In this document: positions 44,501-58,749 of the stretch, in pieces | Layout of the letters: the number at the start of each line of letters is the position of its first letter | Numbering within the stretch: the stretch's first letter is position 1 | Assembly (NCBI GenBank): GCA_964016885.1 | Contig: OZ024740.1 | Span: 428,172,001-428,236,000 of the forward strand | Length of the DNA stretch: 64,000 nt | Direction: 5' to 3' | Origin: Eledone cirrhosa | Taxonomy: Eukaryota | Notes under the pieces: model-generated | Database searches by the model: none | Seen by the model: the letters and a program-made list of their open reading frames with translations, nothing else | What the model was told of the DNA's origin: nothing | Program-made: the position numbers and the translations under genes

Positions 44501-47053
44501 GACTGTATGGCTGTATGACTGCAGGACTGTATGACAGTAGGACTGTATGGCAGTAGGACTGTATGACTGTATGAGTATATGACTATATGACTGTATGACT
44601 GTATGACTGTAGAACTGTAGGACTGTGTGACTGTATGACTGTAGGAGTGTATCACTGTAGGACTATATGACTGTAGGATTATATGACTGCAGGACTTATG
44701 ACTTGTATGACTGTATGACTGTATGACTGTATGACTGTATGACTGTATGGCTGTAAGGTTGTATAACTGTATGACTGTAGAACTATAGGACTGTATGACT
44801 GTAAGACTGTATGAATGTACGACTGTATGGCTGTATGATTGTATGACTGTATTACTGTATGACTGTATGACTGTATGACTGTTAGACTGTATGACAATAT
44901 GACTGTAGGAATGTAGGGCTGTATGACTGTATGACTGTAAGCTGTATGACTGTATGGCTGTACGACTGTATGACTGTTATACTGTATGACTGTAGGACCG
45001 TATGACAGTAGGACTGTATGACTGTATGACTGTATGACTGTAGGACTATAGGACTGTAGGATGAATGACTGTAGGACTGTAGGACTGTATGACTCTAGGA
45101 CTATATGACTGTAGGACTGTAGGACTGTAGGACTGTAGGACTGTAGGTCTGTATGACTCTAGGACTGTATGTCTGTAGGACTGTAGGTCTGTAGGACTGT
45201 AGGTCTGTATGACTGTATGGCTGTAGCACTGTAGGACTGTATGGCTGTAGGACTGCATGACTATAGGACTGTAGGACTGTACGACTGTATGGCTGTAGGA
45301 CTGTAGTACTGTATGACTGTTGGAGTGTAGGACTATAGGACTGTATGACTGTAGGACTGTATGACTGTAGGACTGTAGGACTAAATGACTGTATGACTTA
45401 TGACTGTGGACGGTATGACTGTATGACTGTATGACTGTAGGACTATATGACTGTAGGAGTGTATGACTGTATGACTGTAGGACTGTAGGACTGTAGGACT
45501 GTAGGACTGTATGACTGTATGACTGTAGGACTGCATGTCTCTATGACTGTATGGCTGTATGACTGTATGACTATAGGACTGTAGGACTGTAGGACTGTAG
45601 GACTGTAGGACTGTATGACAGTAGGAGTGTATGACTGTAGGAGTGTATGACTGTATGACTGTATGACTGTATGAATGTAGGACTGTAGGACTGTAGGACT
45701 GTACGACTGTATGGCTGTTTGACTGTATGATGTATGACTGTAGGACTGTATGACTGTAAGACTGTAGGACTGTATGACTGTATGACAGTATGTTGTATGG
45801 TTGTATGACTGTAGGACTGTAGGAATGTAGGACTGTAAGTCTGTAGGACTGTATGACTGTATGACTGTACGACTGTATGACTGTATGACTGTATGACTGT
45901 ATGACTGTATGACTGTAGGACTGTAGGACTGTATGACTGTAGGACTGTATGACTGTAGGACTGTAGGACTGTTGATCTGTATGGCTGTATGACTGCACGA
46001 CTGTATGACTGTAGGACTGTATGACTGTATGACTGTAGGACTGTATGACTGTATGACTGTATGACTGTATGGCTGTATGACTGTAGGACTGTATGACTGT
46101 AGGACTGTATAACTGTAGGACTGTATGACTGTAGGACTGTAGGACTGTTGAACTGTATGGCTGTATGACTGCACGACTGTATGACTGTAGGACTGTATGA
46201 CTGTAAGACTGTATGACTGTAGGACTGTATGACTGTATGACTGTAGGACTGTATGACTGTATGACTGTAGGACTGTAGGACTGTATGACTGTAGGACTGT
46301 ATGACTGTAGGACTGTATAACTGTAGGACTGTATGACTGTATGGCTGTTTGACTGTATGATGTATGACTGTAGGACTGTATGATTGTAAGACTGTAGGAC
46401 TGTATGACTGTATGACTGTATGTTTGTATGGTTGTATGACTGTAGGACTGTAGGAATGTAGGACTGTAAGTCTGTAGGACTGTATGACTGTATGACTGTA
46501 CGACTGTAAGACTATATGACTGTATGACTGTATGACTGTAGGACTGTATGACTGTAGGACTGTATGACTGTAGGACTGTATGACTGTATGACTGTAGGAC
46601 TGTATGACTGTAGGAATGTATGACTGTATGACTGTATGACTGTATGACTGTATGACTGTAGGACTGTATTACTGTAGGACTGTATGACTGTATGACTATA
46701 TGACTGTAGGACTGTATGACTGTATGACTGTTTGACTGTAGGACGGTAGGACTGTATGACTATATGACTATATGACTGTATGACTGTATGACTGTAGGAC
46801 TGTAGGACGGTAGGACTGTATGACTATATGACTATATAACTGTATGACTGTATGACTGTAGGACTATATGACTATATGACTGTATTACTGTATGACTGTA
46901 GGACTGTAGGACGGTAGTACTGTATGGCTGTAGGACTGTAGGACGGTAGTACTGTATGGCTGTAGGACTGTAGGACGGTAGGACTGTATGGCTGTATGAC
47001 TGTAGTACTGTATGGCTGTAGGACTGTAGGACGGTAGGACTGTATGGCTGTAC
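41525..47053. repeat. 8-bp satellite (GACTGTAT / GACTGTAG), about 5.5 kb
   Basis: Continuous octamer array. Its ORFs (QSYSHTVI repeats) are artefacts. Confidence 0.98.
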
Positions 47054-47056
47054 GCA

Positions 47057-47475
47057 AGCTGGATAACGTTTGGACATCTAATCTACCAAACTAACTTAAA
47101 ACTATTCTGTTTAGAACAGCAGTAGAGCCTATTCTTCTCTATGGTTCTCAGACTTGGACGTCGCTCTCCTGTCTACAGAGCTGTTTAGATGGTTGTTACA
47201 CTACCCTTCTGAGAAAGGTTCAAAATATTCCTTGGCAGATACATCCCATGCTAAATCACATATGCGGAAATACCCTACACATATATGTGCAGGACTGATT
47301 GAACGTCATACAAGGTTTTCTGGTCACTGCTTCCGTGCAAAAGATGAGATGGTTCCAAACGTCTTGCTGTGGGAGACCTCATCCATCAGAGAGCTCAGAT
47401 ACCAGGATACAATGGTAAGAGACACTGGAATTGACAGGGGAGACCTACAAACTTTGATGAGATCAGAGAGACTGT
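47057..47475 (+). mobile_element. RTE-clade LINE 3' remnant
   Basis: VWTSNLPN*LKTILFRTAVEPILLYGSQTWT..LDGCYTTLLRKVQNIPW..RFSGHCFR..VLLW..YQDTMVRDTG. Confidence 0.85.
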
Positions 47476-47904
47476 TGTTTTGAGGTTGCGCTTGCTGTCT
47501 CGCCTAAGGGCCATGGATAAGGATAAAGACAAGTACCAGTAATTAAAGGTACCTGCCCTATCACGAAATGGGCCGCAAAAATTCTGATTGAGGGTTATAT
47601 TAAGGGGTGGTAGAGATACCTGTAAAATAGTTAACCCCATAACAATTATTATCAAAATCATGAGCTACATCACGCTACAGAGGTGAACTCTGTACTACGA
47701 GAAGAACAACTTTGTTTCAGTAAAGCAACATCATACATTGACCATACTGACGTCTTTCGATTTATCCTGGTTCAGTTGTACGAATGGAACAGTGAAAACT
47801 AAGTGGTGAGTATTGACGTTGGTAAAGTCTTCAACAGTCTCTATCAAGGCTGATGTTAAAATGTTGTTCGACTCTACAGCATTTCACTCAAACAGGTCAG
47901 CATT

Positions 47905-48091
47905 GGTTTGGCAGTATGGCAGTATCAGTAGAGTGTCGGACGCCATGCAGCATAGAGTTGCGGCCCTTTATGATATGAGTTCAAATCCCGCGAGGTTAGC
48001 TTTGCTTTTCATCCTTACGGGGTCGATAAAATAAAGTACCAGTAATGTACTGGGATAATTGCTGGCCTTGTGCCAAAAGTAGAAACAATTA
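47905..48091 (+). mobile_element. SINE family B
   Basis: Family B head and body. Confidence 0.9.
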
Positions 48092-48094
48092 TCT

Positions 48095-48900
48095 GATCAC
48101 TCTAGGAAAACACCAAATGTTGCATTATCCACATATACCAACTGACAGAAGAATTTAAGTTGGACAGTGGACTCAAGCTGGGATACATTGTGCCTCTAAT
48201 TCTGTTTTTCTTGAACATGGATTGGCTGATGTGAAACTCCACACAAATAAATAGACAGATCCTTCAGTGGATCCTGAAGCCTGTGTTGGAAGATCAGGAT
48301 TACACAGACCACATCAGACTACTGCGACACAAACACCAATGATAGAAGACAAAATACAGATATCCTCACCCAAACTGATATGGTGGATTGCGGCCAACGA
48401 AGAAAAAACGCAGTTCTGAGGACGAATCAGTTACCCACTCAATAACCATAAACGACAAACCACCAGAGGCGGAAGAATTAACCTATCTATATAGCAAAGT
48501 AACAACAGATAGCTACGGTCACCTGGAAATCAACGCCAGAATCAACAAATTTAATGAAGCATTTGGAATGCTCTAACGGTGTCGGAAATCCACCAGTCTT
48601 TGTGTTCAAATGAAGCTAATATATTTTAAGAGAAACTATAAAATATCTGCGTATATCAAACGAAAACTGGACTCAAGTGAAATATCTACGGCAAATTCTG
48701 GAAATATATCAGCCAAATATAATTACAAACGAAGCTTTGTACTGTAGAAAGGAGAGAAATGATGACTGTGCATAACGTAATACAGATATGTCAATAGGAA
48801 TGTTTGGACATATATGTCCCATGACCTCCAACACAGTTAGAAACAGCTCCTTTCTAGGCCCCTAGCGAAAGTAGGGTAGACCAAATAAGGCAGAGTGGAA
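48095..48900 (+). mobile_element. Highly decayed RTE-clade reverse transcriptase remnant
   Basis: LTEEFKLDSGLKLGYIVPLILFFLNMDWLM..LEDQDYTDHIRLL (degenerate GVRQG and YADD motifs)..YLYSKV..EINARINK..AFGML. Confidence 0.75.
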
Positions 48901-48977
48901 ATACACACATAAGTACTCACACGCTCTCTTTCTTTCATACACACACATTTATATATATATTTACTTATATATATACA

Positions 48978-49712
48978 TATAGAATTCACAAGAATCAAAG
49001 CTATGTTCAAAGCATTTATTCACTTACAATTGTTTCATCTTTTTATTTTTATTTTTCTGCACACATACTTTTTTGATCTATACAAAAAATACCCTACCAC
49101 TACAACCACCATAATACTCTTGCTTACCCGCTTAAAGTGCTTGCATTACATGTAACACCTTGCCACACAATAATCGTATAAAAATGAGACACACTAGCAT
49201 GCTCCATGCGTAACTAACGCCATACACTACCTACTAGATCTTACTATCAAACTATCCTCCTGTATTATCTGTGTTATCTGCTGTATTTTAATTTTGATTT
49301 TAATTTTAATTTTGATTTTGATTTTGATCTTGAATTTGAATTGCTGTACAAAAATAGTATAGTGTAATATATGTCACTCCACTGTACATCAATATATATA
49401 TATGTATCTGTATGTCTCTTGCGTTGGAAAGGAGGTCAATTATATGTACAAATATTGAAAAAGGCTCCGAAGACTCCAAGCCTGGGTTGGATGAAACAAT
49501 TGTAAGTGAATAAATGCTTTGAACATAGCCTTGATTCTTGTGAATTCTATATAACTGCTCTGTAGAACAACTGATGTTATTACATTGAGCTATTTAACAT
49601 TCTAGTAATAAGGTAGTAATAAATTACTGACCTTCACTGTTTAAGGTTTAAAATATACATAACTATAAAAAGTTTAATATATACATAACCATAAATAGTA
49701 TCCTTAATATTA
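48978..49712. mobile_element. Fold-back relic related to the 35.6-39.6 kb Naiad, with U4C hammerhead (49464-49507, +)
   Basis: Inverted arm 48978-49039. GCT-CCGAAGA-CTCCAA..TTGGAT-GAAA-CAATTG-TA-AGT. Tail homologous to 35643-35811. Confidence 0.85.
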
Positions 49713-49744
49713 TATATACATATATACTTACGTATATATATATG

Positions 49745-49978
49745 TAGGAGGTGCGTTTTATTGTAGCACAATAAAGCAATGCAAATATCGGATAAGTAGC
49801 ACTCTACAGTTTGTAGGACTGGAGTATAAATAATATAAGATCAAAAGATGGTTAAAAGAGTTCCAAGTATTTTATTATGCGCATTTCAAAAACAAATATC
49901 ATCCCATGATGATATTTGTTTTTGTAATGCGCATAGTAAAATACATGCAACTCGTTTAACCATCTTTTGATCTTATAT
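49745..49978. mobile_element. Fold-back relic with apex in a hammerhead stem II
   Basis: Palindrome 49833-49978 centred near 49905. Arms carry GAAA-TGCGCA-TA. Left tail. Confidence 0.75.
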
Positions 49979-50055
49979 ATATATAAGTATCTTATATATA
50001 TAGTATATATATATATATATATATACACACACTTATATATATATATATACATACT

Positions 50056-51830
50056 ATAATCTTTTCGAATCCTAACATCCTAAATAAAAAAACGGACGTG
50101 TTTGCATCGTGCCAGCACCATTTCCGACACTCATTCCAAAGCTTTAAACCTAGTATATAACAATGTCAGATTTGAACTCATCACCACCATTAGCACTTCA
50201 CCTCTAAGACTGCCACCGCTGCATCACACTCTTTGATCCACCCTTTCCTCTACACAAATCATTATTATCTCTAACATTATACTCTAGAAATATTCTTATA
50301 GTCACCACCTTGTATTATAATTACTTTAGATTACTTATAATTATATAGTGATTGAAATATAATACAATATATATAAACTTTAAATATTAAATGTAACAAT
50401 GAATTATATATACATTTATAATTAAATGTATAAATTAATAACATTGTATATAAAGGATTAATTTATTAACATGAGGGATTTATCTAACTTAAATGTAATA
50501 TGGAACAATGAATTATATATACATTTATAATTAGATGTATAAATTAATAACATTGTATATAAAGGATTAATTTATTTACTCAAGAGATGTATCTAGTTTA
50601 TCATGCAAACAGCTATACGTTATTCCATATCTTACCAAATATTGTGTAGACAACAATCTAATGAAACCTTTAATATATTATGAGCGAGTAGACTGTATTT
50701 AAAATTAAATATAAATATATAACATTTGTATAAGGGATTCAATTGAGGCACTATATAATATTGGGTAGACAACAATCTAATGAAACCTTTAATATATTAT
50801 GAGAGAGTAGACTGTATTTAAAATTAAATGTAAATATATAACTTTTTATATAAGGGATTCAATTGAGGCACTATATAATGTATATTAGAGCAAGAAATTG
50901 AATTATTATAATGAGCTAGTTACCTGCCCTTACGCATTAGCTCCCCTTAATTCCATATCCACTTCCGGATATTAAACCGTTGAAAATTCCCGCAGTTAAA
51001 CAACGCTAATCCATAAAGATGGATTAAATAATACTAATTTACAATCCATTACTATAACAAACATTCAATACAAATATATCTTAACTTATGTAATGGATGT
51101 GTATTCTGTAACTTTCATATTCTACACACATACAAATTTGAACTATACAGAAAATATCCTCGCATTGCACCCACCATAATACACTAACATATTCGCTTAA
51201 AGTGCTTGTATTTTATGTAATACCCTGCCATACAGTACTCATATATGCATGATACATTTGCTTGTTCCATTCCTTTATATATGACTAACGCATGTACTAT
51301 CTCTTTAATTTAATTATTAGACTATTCTCTTGTATTATCTGTATTAACTGACGCATGTATTCCACCCTATGCTTTTAATTTTAATTTTAATTTTAATTTT
51401 AATTTTAATTTTAATTTTAATTTTAATATTAATCTTAATTTGAATTATTGTACAATTCTCGTATAATATAATATATGTCGCATCCATTCCACACTGTAAA
51501 CATGAAACTGTTGTACACAACATCAATATATATGTATCTGTATGATTCTTCAGTTGAATAGGAGGTTAATTATATGTACAAACATTGATAATGCTCCGAG
51601 GAAACCAAGCCTAAGTTTGAAAGAAACAATTGTCAGTGATTAAATGTTTTAAACATAACTGTGATACTTGTGTATTCTATATAACTGCTCTGTAAAACAA
51701 CTGATGTTCTTACATTGAGCTATTTCTCTTACTGGTAATAAGGTAGTAATAAATGACTGACCTTCCCAGTTTATAGTTGTTTATAGTATAGTATATACAT
51801 AGATAACTATAAATAGTATCTTTAATATTA
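50056..51830 (+). mobile_element. Naiad-type PLE 3' fragment: endonuclease C-terminus, long 3'UTR and pLTR
   Basis: IFSNPNILNKKTDVFASCQHHFRHSFQSFKPSI* at 50056-50160. CCGAGGA..GAAA-CAATTG-TC hammerhead at 51592-51638. Tail as in 49545-49712. Confidence 0.85.
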
Positions 51831-51839
51831 TATATATCC

Positions 51840-52042
51840 ATTGAGTATATGTTGGTTGTATACCAACACCCTAGTTTGCAGATTGGAGCACTCGACGAAG
51901 TGCGCAGGTTGGTTTGGTTACTCCGGAGTAATGTAAAATAAAATAAAATAAATAAGTCAAATGTTTAAAATTTGGCTTCGTTTATTGCTGCTAAACGAAG
52001 CCAAGTTTTAAACATTTTTGACTTATTTATTTTATTTTATTA
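51840..52042. mobile_element. Small fold-back relic with tail
   Basis: Arms about 51935-51985 / 51992-52042 (AAATAAGTCAAATGTTTAAAATTTGGCTTCGTTTA). Left tail. Confidence 0.7.
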
Positions 52043-52057
52043 TATATATATATATAT

Positions 52058-52236
<179 letters not shown>

Positions 52237-52246
52237 TACATATATG

Positions 52247-52296
<50 letters not shown>

Positions 52297-52338
52297 ATTT
52301 TAGTCTTCATATTTATTATTATTACTATATATATATAT

Positions 52339-52469
<131 letters not shown>

Positions 52470-52479
52470 TACATATATG

Positions 52480-52523
<44 letters not shown>

Positions 52524-52565
52524 ATTTTAGTCTTCATATTTATTATTATTACTATATATATATAT

Positions 52566-52669
<104 letters not shown>

Positions 52670-52916
52670 TAAAATAACAGATTAAAGTTTAAGCAAAGAA
52701 TCGCTGCTTTCACCCTTAACAGGATCGTCTGAAACTAACAAAGTCAATCTGTGAACGCAGAAGTAAATATTTCAAAAAACGTTGCAACCGGAGGAAGGCA
52801 GGAAGACGATACTTTGGTTCGTGGAAACGTTCCCTGGCAAAGAACGGGAAAAAACGAATATAATACGTCATTATTTGGAGCGGTGAAAAACAATTACACG
52901 CAAAGACAAAACCACG

Positions 52917-52985
<69 letters not shown>

Positions 52986-53459
52986 TATATATATATAGTA
53001 ATAATAATAAATGTTAAGACGTAGAAGTCGTAGACTAATATTCTATTAGGTGGTTCATAGAGACGTTCTCTGGCAATGAACGGAAAAAAACGAATATAAT
53101 ACGTCATATGTGGAGCGGGGAGAACAATTGCACGCAAAGACAAAACCACGTAGAAGCTATAACTGAAGTCGTAGACTAAAAATCTAACTAGGAAACCGAA
53201 TGATTCTCGGCTTCAGAGTTAAGAATAAAGTAAATAAAATACAGAGGTAATTGAAATTAAATAAATACATACACGCATCCATATACGTACATACACAAGC
53301 ATACGCGAAAACACTCGCCATAGGTATACAAATACACGCACGTACACACAAAAAAAAACCGCACGCACATACAGAACCCACCCAACGCCTGTACCCGCAC
53401 GCATACGAATGTATACACCAAATACACATAAAAATATATATATAATATATATATATATA

Positions 53460-53800
53460 TGCAAAAGTTTTATTTAAAATTGTTGGGTTACAACAAGTAA
53501 ATATTTTATAACCGATATAAAGCACTCGACAAGTTTTTGGAGTAGATATACGATAGTAAACAAATGGAAACTATAGTGCTTAACACTATAACTAAATAAT
53601 TATAAACACCTCACTACCAAGCCAGCCTCCTACCTTAATGGTCGCTTATATTTATGGTACGTCAAAATTATTTATAAAACAGTTTATATATTGTATTTTA
53701 TCTGACGAAGGCATGCCATATTTTTAATATGGTATCCCTGAAATATGTATAATGAAATAAATATGGTTTTATAAATATAGTTTCCATTTGTTTAATATCG
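53460..53800. mobile_element. Nested fold-back PLE (family of 58236-58671) inside the Naiad 3'UTR, hammerhead 53694-53759 (+)
   Basis: TATTTTAT-CTGACGA-AGGCATGCCATATT ttt AATATGGTATCCCT-GAAA-TATGTA-TA-ATGAAATA. Short tailed inverted arm at 53460-53577. Confidence 0.85.
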
Positions 53801-53854
<54 letters not shown>

Positions 53855-54199
53855 TGTATACATATAATTAAATAAACGTATATAAATAAGTAAATATGTA
53901 TATAACAAGCGCACACACATACCTACATGTAAATACACATATGTTCGGAGACGAACGTCAACCAAAACACGAAGTACACGTATACACACACCCTACATAC
54001 ATACGAACCCGCATACTCACACAGACGCAAAACTCACGTATACACATAACCAAAAGCATATGTACCAGAATATATAATATATACGTCATAACATATACAA
54101 TCAAATATACGTACGAGAAAGTATACGTATCTTCACAAAACATACAGGTAATATATACTTACCTATACAAATAAGTAATGGTATAAACATAACATATAC

Positions 54200-56320
54200 T
54201 TAGCTACCACATCAAGACGTAAAATATCCGCGTATAGTTCGTACTATCAGTTAGGATATAATGTGGGGCCTCTAATACAGGAAAGTTCTTTTGCAATTTA
54301 TGTTTACAAGCCGAAATTGCCTCAGATTTTTTGGAGAGTAGGGGTCACGTGGTCTTTTATTTCCGTTATACGATCTAGCCCTAGCTAGGATCTCTCAGTG
54401 TAACTTATATTGGGTGTGGTTGTCTTTTAGACTCCATATATAAGTTGAAAGTGACGTCATATTCCTTCTTAAATGGTTACGAAAAGAATGGTTATGCATG
54501 TAAAGACGCTGCTTGAATATATTGGCGGTTAACCCTATGTAGGCCCTACGGGACGTGGGTGTTTCAACCTTACATTTGTAGACAATGTTACTAGATAGGC
54601 ATTTCCCAGATAGGGGCAGTCAACCCTATTCCTACAATTACAGTTAGTACTAACTACATGGTTACACGTGTTCCGGCGGCTAGGTAGTTTAGCTAAATTT
54701 GAAGCTGTGGTGTTATGTGCAAGGTTAGGAGTCGTAGAGTAAGAAATTTTAATAGTATTTCTATTAGAAAATTTACTATATTTATGTGTAGGGGGAAAAT
54801 GCTTCATAATAAGGGAGAGAAAGATCTTAGCTAATGGTTTGGCCACCTCCATATTATATGGTGGGTTATACCATATAATGCGTCGGGATCTATTTCTTCT
54901 AGGTCTATTCTTGTACTCTGTATATGCTACCTTATCGACAAGTCCACTTCAAGAGCTTCATTGTAATATGTGGAATGGTCGTTGAAAACATGCTCGTTAG
55001 TACATAGACGGGAAAGCCTCAAAGAAACGTTTCTTACCAGGTTCTTGGTTATGCTGGCAGGATGGTTAGAATGCTTACTTATGTAATTAAGCGTATCATT
55101 CGGCTTTCTATACGGGTAATGCAAGCCATTCGATAAATTGACGGTAACGTCGAGGTAATTAACGACCGAGAGGTTGGCCTCAGCCTGTATGGAGAGGTTG
55201 AAGCCTTTAAAAAAGGCTGTGAGTTCTTTTCTGAACCTGTCGCAAGCAAGTGGGCAGCACTTAGTCATGGTCAAAAGACCATCATCACAGTACAAACCAC
55301 CGCCCACGTTGGGGGATTCTTCCTTGATAGAGAAAAGAAGGAAAAGGCCGATAAGATCAGTAACCTCCGCAGAATCGCTGGCGCCCATACTCACGTCGAA
55401 TGTAGTACTATTATATTTTTAAATCCAAATAGAGTCGTCGAAATTAATCACCGACTTACGGGCATTGAGGATAACATCAATTTCGAAATCCTTAACCACT
55501 GTGAGTGTTTTAGCGAAATTGATAGCTCTAAGGAGAAGTGGTAAAGTGATGGAGGAGTAGTAATTATTGATGTCGAATTGGATAAAACGGCAATGTTCCT
55601 TGTTACATATGCCGTTGAACCAATCAATCACCGCGAAAGAATTGTTCCACAGTGCAAGAGGGGCCAAAGTTCTAATTTCAGGTATAATTCTATCAAGAAT
55701 CCTTTTACTAAGTCTACCTAAATCGGACTTCGTAGGGTTAATAAGCCGAATAGAGGGGTTGTTCGGAAAATTTGATTTGTGATCCTTCAGGTTAATGTGG
55801 GGAGAAATAGGGTCCAGAGGTTCGGTCCGCTCCAGGATGTTGAGATCAGAGGTGATTTTAAACCCAGCATCATTGATTTCATTAAAGACGCTCCGATTAG
55901 TTTTACGGTAATCCTTAGTTACAGCATTATGTAGCAGTTGATGGTAAGTCCTGCGCTCCACTTGATATAGGTTGCCAGTTTTGTCGGAATGGACGTGCAC
56001 GGCATTAGAATCCTTAATAGAACGAATTCTATTCTTCAGGTCCTGCTGGAAGGAATTGCTCCTATTCCGAAATTTGATACTCCGTATGAGTTCCAAGACA
56101 TCATTTTCGAAGGGTAGCAATTACTCGGAGGGTTATTATAGGTTTTAAACCCAAATTTATCCTGTTTGTTGTCTGCTTTTCCCTGATTATCGAAATAAAA
56201 GGCACGCCAACGCAACCTTTTAATGAACGCGTCTGTTTTCTGTATCAGGAGTTTTAGGTATGTTTTCCTGCTTGGTACGGGTATGTTCTTTGTAGAAATA
56301 TTGAGATGTTGTTTCTGCAT
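54200..56320 (-). pseudogene. Disrupted PLE polyprotein: reverse transcriptase plus GIY-YIG endonuclease
   Basis: KNIPVPS..FIKRLRWRA; SDKTGNLY; RLINPTKSDLGRLSK; FIQFDINNYYSSI; FDVSMGASDSAEV; GLYCDDGL; YLDVT; IIWYNPPY; CNCRNRVDCP; IVYKC..YIGLT..FKQR..H..SF; LLSKKSEAISACKH. At least 3 frameshifts, stops at 55419 and 54395, deletion near 54340. Confidence 0.95.
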
Positions 56321-56964
56321 GGTGAATATAAGTCAATAGAGTGCTCAACCAAGGGAGCCAAATAGTGGGTTCTGTATGTGCGTGCGGGTTTTTTTTTGGG
56401 GGGGGGGGTGTACGTACGTGTATTTGTATACCTATGGCGAGTGTTTTCGCGTATGCTTGTGTATGTACGTATATGGATGCGTGTATGTATTTATTTAATT
56501 TCAATTACCTCTGTATTTTATTTACTTTATTCTTAATTCTGATGCCGAGAATCATTCGGTTTCCTAGTTAGAATTTTAGTCTACGACTTCTTTTATACCA
56601 TTTACGTGGTTTTGTCTTTGCTTGTAATTGTTTTTCACCGCTCCTATTTAATGACGTATTATATTCGTTTTTTCCCGTTTTTTGCCAGGGAACGTTTCCA
56701 GGAACCAAAGTATCGTCTTCCTGTCTTCCTCCGGTTGCAACGTTTTTTGAAATATTTACTTCTGCGTTCACAGATTTACTTTGTTAGTTTCAGAAGATCC
56801 CATTAAGGGTGAAAGCAGCGATTCTTTGCTTAAACTTTAATCTGTTATTTTAATAAATATTTGCTCTACGGTTCTTATATATTTGATATATATTTATCCT
56901 TCAAATTTATTATTATTACTATTATTACTATATATATATATACGTTTATATATATATATATATA

Positions 56965-57097
56965 AGTTTATCTCGGGTTCAATCGGGGGTAACCCCAGTA
57001 AGTAAGGTACTCAATACAAAGCAGAGTATAAATATTTAATATAGAAAGGCTTCTACAGGACTAGAACTATTTCATTCGGGAGAATCATCAGGAAGCC
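56965..57097 (-). mobile_element. Family L single arm with hammerhead (57048-57097)
   Basis: GGCTTC-CTGATGA-TTCTCCCGAAT-GAAA-TAG..CTG-TA-GAAGCC. Stem I shows a compensatory change relative to the other L copies. Confidence 0.85.
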
Positions 57098-57132
57098 CCC
57101 CACCCCCCACACACACATATATAAATATAAAT

Positions 57133-57338
57133 ATAGGAAAATGTATGACCCCGACGGCAGAACTCAAGCCGTTTCGACGGCTATTTCTGGACTATTTAGT
57201 TCAGAAATAGCCGTCGAAATGGCTTGAGCTCTGCCGTCGGGGTCATACATTTTCCTATTACCCACTTTACTACCTTAAGTATTGAGTACTCTGGTGCGTT
57301 ATGGTCCATCTCGTTCCTTACCACAACGCCTTCGTTAT
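57133..57338. mobile_element. Fold-back family K, copy 4 (opposite orientation, diverged subfamily)
   Basis: Arms 57133-57193 / 57198-57258 share private variants. Tail on the right. Confidence 0.85.
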
Positions 57339-57686
57339 ATAGTTATATATATATATATATGCACACACACACACACAAACATATATACATGTATATATAT
57401 ATATATATGTGTGGAGGGGGGGGGGTCTATGTGTGTGTCTGTGTGTGTGTCTGTGTGTATGTGTGTATGTGTATGAATTTGTTAATGACATCCTCGAAAT
57501 ATATTTTGTAGAAATATGCCATGTAATGTTCGTGCAGAAAAGCATCTAATACTTGCTTAGACGCTGAAACAGAGGAATATAAAACATAAAATAGACTTAT
57601 TCTTTTATGGGATTGTGTCAAATTAATATGTACGTGTGTAAACTACAACTTGTCACTGCAAGCAAAGCAATGTTGAGTGTGAGGTA

Positions 57687-57729
<43 letters not shown>

Positions 57730-57731
<2 letters not shown>

Positions 57732-58213
57732 AAGGTTAAACAAGGTTCAATGAATAAATCAAAGAATGAGTTTTACAATAGATTGGAAGCACTCCACAAT
57801 TATGGTTTTCCGGAGTTATTAATATTAATTCAAAATATTAACAAAAATAGACATTCGTGTGATCTGTTTCTCTCTGTCTTTCTTCTTTCTTCAATAATTT
57901 AAATTATTTGAATCTCTAACAGTTATGTAAGTTGCTATTATGTATTTTTCAGCTTTCTCACTATATTTCCCTCTGTATTATATGTAATTTGTTCATGTCT
58001 CAATATTAAGGTATATAAATATTGAGTCTTGTCATATCTTATTCACTACCATGACTGAATCTTAACCATCTACTAAGTCAGGGTATGTCATGCATCATCT
58101 TATTTTGTCTGATGACGACGTACTGCTGAAGTTAACTCAGTACCTCTGAAATATGTATAATAAAATATATTTGATCACACGAATGTCTATTTTGTTAATA
58201 TTTTGAATTAATA
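57730..58213. mobile_element. Fold-back PLE relic with hammerhead (58101-58167, +)
   Basis: Short tailed arm about 57822-57864 is the reverse complement of 58172-58213. TATTTTGT-CTGATGA..GAAA-TATGTA-TA-ATAAAATA. Confidence 0.8.
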
Positions 58214-58235
58214 TATATATATATATATATATATA

Positions 58236-58667
58236 TACGATATTAAATAAATGGAAACTATATTTATAAAACCATATTTATTTCATTATATATATTTCAG
58301 GGATATCATATTAAAAATATGTTATGCCTTCTTCAGACAAAATACAATATAAACAGTCTTATAAATAGATAGATTCGACATACCTTTCAACTTCGACTTC
58401 TAATCAACTTTTCAAATAGAAGTCGAAGTTGAAAGGTATGTCGAATCTATCTATTTATAAGACTGTTTATATTGTATTTTGTCTGAAGGAGGCATAACAT
58501 ATTTTTAATATGATATCCCTGAAATATATATAATGAAATAAATATGGTTTTATAAATATAGTTTCCATTTATTTAATATCGTAAATATACTCCAAATACT
58601 TGTTGAGTGCTTTTATATCAGTTATAAATATCTACTCGTTGTTAACCCAACAATTTAAATAAAACTT

Positions 58668-58671
<4 letters not shown>
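58236..58671. mobile_element. Fold-back PLE relic with two hammerheads (58279-58344 -, 58475-58540 +)
   Basis: 167-bp arms 58236-58402 / 58417-58583, right tail. Core is CTGAAGA on the left and CTGAAGG on the right. Confidence 0.9.

Positions 58672-58749
<78 letters not shown>

Noticed and set aside
41781-47077. QSYSHTVI-repeat ORFs
   Set aside because: These are translations of the octamer satellite.
54395-54397. In-frame TGA in the Naiad endonuclease as possible selenocysteine (some Naiads encode selenoproteins)
   Set aside because: It aligns to the conserved Trp (LKWEVI in the 37.6-kb copy), not to Cys. The Zn-finger Cys codons are TGT/TGC in both elements, and no convincing SECIS was seen by eye.
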